Origin: Octopus sinensis | Lineage: Eukaryota | Assembly: GCF_006345805.1 (NCBI RefSeq) | Contig: NC_042997.1 | Coordinates: 7,440,001 to 7,504,000 of the forward strand | Direction of reading: 5' to 3' | DNA length: 64,000 nt | Shown: positions 56,047 through 64,000 of the stretch, in pieces | Layout of the letters: every line of letters starts with the position of its first letter | How positions within the stretch are numbered: the first letter of the stretch is position 1 | Notes under the pieces: model-generated | The model's database searches: none | Seen by the model: only the letters and a program-made list of their open reading frames with translations | Told to the model about the DNA's origin: nothing | Made by a program: the position numbers and the translations under genes

Positions 56047-57039
56047 GCATGCGCGTATGTATTGTATATGTATATATATATTTATATTATGGATACATAA
56101 TGATGCATGTTTAAATATATACATATGTATGCATCTGTGAACATAGGTGTATACAAATATATGTATTTGTATGTATTAATATATATGTGTTTGTGTGTAT
56201 TTGCTTTTGTGTGTTTGTATACTCACCAAATGTTTTGAAATGTACAAGAAATTCTGAAAATCTATGTTTTATTTTCTTTTTATGAAATAAATATATCATA
56301 TCTTAATCAGTATATTACAATCTACACGAAGAGTTATATATCAAATATATTTTAACATTCCAAACAGAAGTCCTCTTCTAAGATTTCATCTATTTAACTT
56401 CAAGAAGTTCTCTGGGGAGGAAGTATCACATAAAATAAACACTACTAAATATAAAAATGCAAATTTCCAATTGCAAATTTTTATGCTTCAAAATGTTTAA
56501 GATATAATAAATTTTCTCCAGAAGACACAGAGTATAAAGAATATTCTTACTTCAGTGCCTAGTTGAATTCTACGTAATGATGTTTCTCTTAACTTTCGAT
56601 ATAAATTATTTTCTCGCCGGGAATATCTGCCCGCTGTGTATTATGACTTCAATCCTGTATGTACAATTATTATTTTCAACATTGAAGCATTAATAAATTA
56701 TTTTCTCAATCAATTTGTAGCTAGGTGATTCTATCTAAATTTAGATATTTTGTGCTCTAATTTGTTCATACCGCCAAGGTAGCAAATCTTAAATCACTGT
56801 GCCAAGCTTTAGTCGGATATGGGACAGCATAATCTCTTTGAGTTAGATAAAACTTTGAAGAGTTAAATGATTATAGATAAAGTATAATCAACTAATCACC
56901 ACCCAGGACGAAGAGATAATCAAAACTATTATTTGACATTATTGTGAAATTTAAAGAAACTACTCTATTATATCACTATTATTAATTCGTCGAGTATGAA
57001 ATTTGTAGAAAAGAAAAGAAGTTTGCTAATGCAAGGAAC

Positions 57040-57990
57040 AGTTTTATTCATTAATGTATGTACCTATATTGTCAATACATATTTGCCATTTCCGCAGTAA
57101 CTTGTCTAGCCCGGAACTGTAAAATTCTGGCAATGTAGAGTCAATAAAATCTTCGAAGGCCTGTTTTACAGCATCGTTAGAATTACATTTTTCTTATCGA
57201 ACACATATCCAAATTCTGGAAGAAGTGGTAGTCACCGGGGAAGATCAGGTGAGTATGGTAAATGATGGAGAACTCCCAACACCAACTCCTGTAGTTTCGC
57301 CAATGTTATTCTTGCCATGTATGGTCTAGGGTTGTCTTGCAATAAATAGGAGTTGATCTGTTGACTAATCTAGGCTGTTTTCTTTTACGTTTTCTCATCA
57401 TTTGGTCCAGTTGGGTGTAGTATACTTAGGCAGTAATTGATAAGCCATGATTAATGAAATCATAATGGATCACACCTGCGCCCGACCACTAAACACACAC
57501 TACCAGCTTCTTTTTATGAATCTTGATTTTGGACTGAGTTTTGGTGGCTTGACTTTGTCTAACCATTGTGCTGAACGTTTACGGTTGTTGTATTGGATCC
57601 ATTTGTAATCATATATTACAATTCGAATCAAAAAGGATTCATTTTTGTGACGAGAAAATAGCATAATGCAGACTACTAAACGCTGCTGTTTCTGGTTTTC
57701 ATTGAGTCATGTGGAACACACTTATCCAACATTTTCACTTTATTTATTTGAATTACGTGAGTCAATATTGCTTGCTTGCTAACACCAAACAACAACTATA
57801 ATTCAAGGACACTTTGAGATGCATCTGACTCGATGGTGGCTCGGCGGTTCTTCAATACCCACCTTTGTTTCTGGTAGACCGCGTTGCTTATTTGTGAATT
57901 CGAAGTTAAGAGAGCGAAATGTTGGAAACCAATTTGATATATTAGAATGAAATACACCATTAATATGCTGAGCTGGATGTGATGCTGTAT
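57040..57990 (-). mobile_element. Decayed mariner (DD34D) transposase
   Basis: CVPHD, KWIQYNNRKRSAQWLD, LQDNPRPY and HLPYSPDLP, then DYHFFQNLD across a frameshift. Confidence 0.85.
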
Positions 57991-59662
57991 TACAAAGAAA
58001 TAACTCTTATTTCAAAACTGTACGAATTTCCTATTTATCCATCTGTAAACAAAATAGCAAAAAAAGACGTTCTATAAATACTTTATAAAGCGCAAAACGA
58101 GTTAGAATAAAGAAATACATTTGTCAGCTTTCTGGCAAAAAATAAAGATTGTCAAAACATATTAATGGCGCAAAAGTAGCGGCTGTCAAATTTTACCATA
58201 TACCTTACTATAAATTTCATACTATACGGCTTACTATATTTGCAGAAGAGTTATTTTCCTGCAGAATCGGTCACTCTCTCGAAAGTCAAAATAAAAATGA
58301 GAACTATTTGATAACATAAACATCAAATTTAATACATTCCGACAGTTACTGGGAAGATATTCATATAGCTGATATTAACAGCTGCAATATGTGGCTATAT
58401 TTTGCACTGTAGCTTTAAATTTTATAATTAGTGTCATATTTGGACATATTTTCTATATTATGTCATATGCACAGGTAAGAACAAGTAATCATAACTGCCA
58501 TGTACATTTCTCAAGGCTTTGAGAATGCAACTCTGTGACATCTTTCTCTCAGAGAAACAGAAATAAATAATGTTTCAGCTCATCCTGTGTCTTAAACAAC
58601 TGGAAATGTGCTTGGATTTTTCGTAAACTTCATTCCTATCCTGGCAAATCCCAGACATTCTCGAAAAATTAATTAGATATTGCAATCTATAACGGATCAA
58701 ATTTAACACTATGTTGCCTAACAGGAAAGAGCTCATTCTGTACACAAAATTATCTACCAAAAATGGAAACAAAAAAGTTTGCTAACTCTCATTTTCTTCA
58801 TATGTCAAATGAAGTAAACTCAGGTATTTGTCAGACCTCAGCATTTTACTGCACGCAGATAGCAGAAATTCAGAACAGTACCATATCAATTTCAGTGCTC
58901 GCATCAGTAGTTTTGTCTTCCAAAATATCCGATCAGTGCATTATTATTTTTTTCTTTTTTTGCCAATGCATCTAAATATACACATTCCTACGTTTATAAT
59001 CCATTTATCCACTCTTTGTCGCCTTATACACAGATGCACACACTCACACGCATACACACACACACACTATTTATTAGAAAATGTCTAACAAACGTTTAAT
59101 TATTTGTATCCAACCATATCCATATGCACCAAAGGATAGAAATACATACTGAATATTGCGGAGGAGGGTAATATAAAGACATCTAAATTTCTGAAAAGCC
59201 AGTTTTTTTTCATATCAACTAATTAGATCATCTTCAACATATCTTGCTGTAGATCATCTGCAACGATGTCTTATCAGCATTATATATTGTCTACAAATAA
59301 ATAATATATGGTCCAATGTATTAGATATATAGTACTTATTTATTAACAGCAAGCCATAGTATACATAGATTAGGATTGCTCCCTCGATGTGTTGGGGCCT
59401 CTGGACAGCAGCCAAATCTGCTTATGGCCTTACGACAGGGCCGATCTACTGAATAGTGGTGAAAGCATTACACTCGAATTTATGGCGACAGAAAAATACT
59501 TACCGAAGTCAAAATCATTTGGTTTTCACGGCTGAGAGCTAATCAGCGATCCCCTGGTTCCTCCCCGTAAAACATGATAGATTCAGCCTGGAATCAAAAG
59601 CACATGCTTCCGCCCCAATGTGTATATATATGCATACACATTCACATCTTCCGGTTAGACAT

Positions 59663-59735
<73 letters not shown>

Positions 59736-59774
59736 GTATGTATATATTGAAAGGGCAAGACTGCTAGGTAGTCG

Positions 59775-59870
59775 GCCGTATGCTAGAAATAGATCACCAA
59801 CGATCAAACTACAAAGAATGTTCTCTAGAGAAACATTCAGCGAACTCCAGAACCAATTAGGCGGGCAAGA
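59775..59870 (+). repeat. Solo TIR-end fragment of the MITE family at 11159-11513
   Basis: The sequence 'tatgctagaaatagatcacc.acgatcaaactacaaagaatgttctctagagaaa' is shared with 11185-11243. Confidence 0.8.
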
Positions 59871-60078
59871 CAGATGAAAATAATATAAAAACAGAATTAA
59901 TCACACACTTCGGTTTCAACTATTAACAGAAGAATTACTTTACATAATTCAACCGCCGTAGTTTCGTCAGTGCGACCGTTCAGACAAAATGCAATCTGAA
60001 AAAACTAACCCCAGCTTTCTGTGCCAAAACAGACACGTGTTTAGTTTTACCGATTACATTAGTTCTGGCGCGCTAAAA

Positions 60079-60116
<38 letters not shown>

Positions 60117-63100
60117 TGGTAGTAGAAGATATACGTATGTAGAAGCGCCCTGGTTCGCAATTTCTATGATTTTGAGGAATGTTGGAGCACCACTTAGTGC
60201 AGTGCAACAATTTAACCACACCAAACAATTTCGGATTCGCGCTGAGGAACTTCTTCGATTCCTGGAACTTTTGCATATACTTAGCTTAAGAAGTGGTCTT
60301 ACTGGGTTACGGTTTGACCTCTTCCATGTAGAAAGAGACAGACAATGGAAGAGAGAGCGAGAGAAAGAAAGAGAGAGATTCTCATACACAAACATAGAGG
60401 CATATGCAAACAGATATAGTACATAAAATCATGCACACACACATATATGTAGACAGGTGAATATATTTCTAAATTTCATATATCTAACTCCTAGAGTTTG
60501 CACAGTCAGGTTGGGTTGTCTTTCTAGTGCTGTATGGGTAATAACACTCAATTCCTCATCAATGTATTTCATAATTCTCTTGGGCAATTTCGTATGTGTC
60601 CGTAAAGTGAGGTGGAGTCATTTGAATTTGATATTTCTTCCGGTGTTTTGTTGATATGATATGAGTAACACTCTTAAATTCTTTTCGCTTCTCATTAATT
60701 GCATCAGAATTCTATTGGAGAAAGTGTTTGGTTTACATATTCATAGGAAAGCATTCTTCTACCATTTATAGATGACTGTTAACAGCTCTGGAGTTCGTTG
60801 CATAAGAAGGTTGAATTAAATTACTTATTCCGCTCCCTCCATCCTGTATTTGATAGCTTTGGTGTATTGTTAGCGTAAATTACTTGTTGTTACCTGTGCA
60901 TATCTTATAAGGTGAATTTATACTTTTTTCTTCAAACGGAAGCTCAGCCAAATTCTGGTAGTAACATTAGATTATCAGATTTATTATCCTTCAAAATTAT
61001 CATGCGACTGAAAGCTTACACGTATGTTTTATAGGTCATATTTCCTGAATATATAGCGGAGACAAATGTTGACACCATTGAAATATGTGTGTCCATAAAT
61101 TGTATCTCTTCTTTGAAATTTGTATTTTCCATATCCATTAATCCTGGTGAAATCTAGCATGTGAAGACTTCGATTATCACAACTTGCTCGATAGTTTAAT
61201 GATTGAATGCGTAATTTTGGTGAGGCCTATTTGAAAATACGTGAACAAAAATACAAGAGTTGGGTGTTTCGGAATTTGTCAAAAACAAATGAAAATATAT
61301 TCGGTTTGGTTGCGTTACAACACGAGAAAATTCCCTTGCGTGAATCCCTTTTGATTATTGTAATGATCATTCTAGGAAGGAAGTTCATTTTACAATTTCG
61401 AAATGTTCCTCCTGCTCCGTAGTTTGAGTTCGTTGAGTTTTCCCAAGCTGAATTGAATACTGACGTCTCTAATTTTTCCATACATAATGCACTGGATACC
61501 ACTGCTTAACATAGTTGGCTAATGGAATTTAGAGTCTGAATATAAAATGCTGAAGGGTGCGTGTTGACAATTATTATTAGTGAGAATTTAGCTTGGAACT
61601 GCAGCTGAACCCTCACTGAAAATATCCTTACCTGTAGGCATCACAGCAAAATATGTTCCTGATTTTCTGGAACGTAGGTGATGTGATATTGAGATCTATT
61701 TTTTATATTACTGAAGCATTGATCTGTTATTTTCTGTTGTTGTGTTTTTGTAACACCCTTCATGTCCATCGTGTTTAGATGTTAGCAGTAATGTAATTCT
61801 TGAAATTGGTGATTCTAATCGTCGTCTGACACCACATACATTTCTCTCACCGATTTCAGCAATCTTGCAATGGTGAGATAAATGCAATTTCGCTGAAGTA
61901 ACGTATCTACTCTACTACTATACTAGCCTCACATATAACCTTATGTTAAGAATTTGTTTATTGCTATACCATGCAAATATATCACCCTTGCGTTGTTCAA
62001 TACAGATTAGTTTCATATTCGGCACTAATTTCTATATTGTTTATACATTTATGCAACATTCCGTTCTCCTGTACGTTGTAAAGACCTTGCGCTTTCTCTC
62101 GATCGCTCTTTCTCTCTCTCTCTCTCTCCCTTTCTCCCTTGCTCTCACTTTCTCTGCCTTCGAACTTTGTCTTTGTGGACATGTAATCGCCTTGTGTAGG
62201 CAAAATTTGCCTCATTGGTGTATTGAAATACGCTGCTAGATATATATATATATATATATCCAGGAAACAAGAACTGAATTTTGCACGTACGGATATTTTG
62301 AATGTTGTATTAACGCGTCACGAACCATGCTATGATGTTCCTGCTTTTTTATAAAACAAAAAATATTTGCTCTACTAATTTACTTAGAGGAATTTTTACT
62401 TATTGCATTGTAATACTTTTCTCTAGAATTCGCCATTTCTTTTTTCAATATATTCCAATTAGGAGAACTTTCTTTTTGAATTCTGATAAAGTAACTGCCA
62501 ACGTCGTGGGCCCTTGTGGCAAATAAAAATATTGTTACTGTTATCATTATTATTTCATAACAAGAAAATTAAAATCATTAAAAAGTCTTTTAATATAATG
62601 AAATTAATCAAATTTAAATTCTCTGATAATTGTTATTCATTAAAGAAAGTAATTGCTTTTATAGATTTATTAAATTTTTTTCTTGCAGTCAGTAACCAGT
62701 TCTACAAAGTCTCTACGTATTGTTTGAGCTTTTCTTCAATCTTTAAATAATTAATTCATTTTTTCCATAGTTAAATGAATATTAGAAAATATATTGAAAT
62801 ATATGAATATTGCACGTTTGTTTTATTCTAATGATTATTAAAATAGTTGCTTCTAATTGGTTTTCAACATTTTGGCTCGAAACTCATTTTTTATTAATTA
62901 TTTTCTTCATTTCTTTTCCTTAATGCTCATTATGGTACGATATTGAATGATTTATTTTTTAAAAAATTAAATTTCGAATGTTAATATATAAGTGGTGCGA
63001 ACGGAATGGTTAAACGACAGAAACTCAATCATAAAAGGAAACGGGATCCATGCAGTTATTTAAGAGCAAATTATGCGGGATAAGATTTGGTTCTGTCCTG

Positions 63101-64000
63101 AAACTGAATCGACTTCATATGTTTTTCTTTAAAGTATTTTCATCACACTGTATAAGAAAATATAATATATATCATTTTATTTTACGGAAAAATTACAGTG
63201 TTTTGCAACCATGAGAAGAGATATGCATGTATTGAACATTGCGCAAGATATTTGATGCCTTTCATCGACAATGAAGCCTATGAAACATACATATATGAAA
63301 TGAACAGCGAGAAATATCCGACAAGCGCATTGTATTTGTAATAACTGAACGAAAGAGTCTTGGTGATTGCATTACATTCCAGTAAACCTGGAAACGAGTT
63401 TTGCAACGTTTGCATCAAAAGCATTTACATAGAATTTCAGACTAGATTAAAAAATACAAATATTTCTGTCATATAATCATAAATACAAACATATTTTCTT
63501 AAATATGTGTATATATATATATATATATACATAAAATATATTCACACCCATAATAGTGTCTGTGTGTATGTGTGCGGATGCATGTGAATGTAACTTCTCC
63601 ATTTAAAATTTTCATTAAATTTTCCTTTTATTAATCCAATATCTGCGATGAAAGGATGTTTTAAAATACCATTCGTAATATATTTCATGAATTTCATATG
63701 ACACCTATTTACTCTGCACAAGCAAACGGTGTTGTCTCTAGACAAATCACACATATTTATCAAACTAAATATAAGTGAGCTCGCAAATATCTTCAAATGT
63801 GTTTTGCATAGTTTAGGTGTAACAGCCTATGATGAACCTACTACTCGTATGTCGACGTCAATTAATTCTATGCTACATTGTTACTAAATTAACCGATTTA
63901 TTCTTTGACTACAATAATAACTAATTCGTTTAATAATGTAACAAATATCAGCCATAAAAATCACTCATATTTCAGTTTTGGATAATGCACATTATCTGGA

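Noticed and set aside
59950-59990. CTGACGAAAC on the minus strand, resembling a collapsed hammerhead
   Set aside because: There is no stem II and no stem I pairing.

Overview
AT-rich, microsatellite-laden eukaryotic DNA. It is most likely from an octopus or another coleoid cephalopod; this is inferred from the tRNA/CORE-type SINE families and the (TA)n, (AAT)n and (GATA)n load. I could not confidently identify an intact host gene. Most listed ORFs are translated microsatellites or decayed transposon pieces. The window holds CR1-like, RTE, HERO and R4/Dong-like non-LTR fragments, an ORF1-only L1/Tx1-like insert, mariner, DD37D, piggyBac and Helitron remnants, several MITEs and at least two SINE families. 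Best leads: (1) two type I hammerhead ribozymes with all core motifs intact (20539-20588 minus, 24698-24748 plus), at the outer ends of a head-to-head pair of ~1 kb microsatellite-rich non-coding repeats (Penelope-like or retrozyme-like); (2) recurring palindromes centred on TA-rich spacers, including a near-perfect 721-bp-arm palindrome (25832-27439); (3) an ORF1-only (half-L1-like) retroposon inserted with a 15-bp TSD into a SINE head; (4) a CR1-like ORF1 with tandem CCCH zinc fingers; (5) R4/Dong-like copies repeatedly embedded in (AAT)n. All family assignments come from motif recognition by eye, with no database search.
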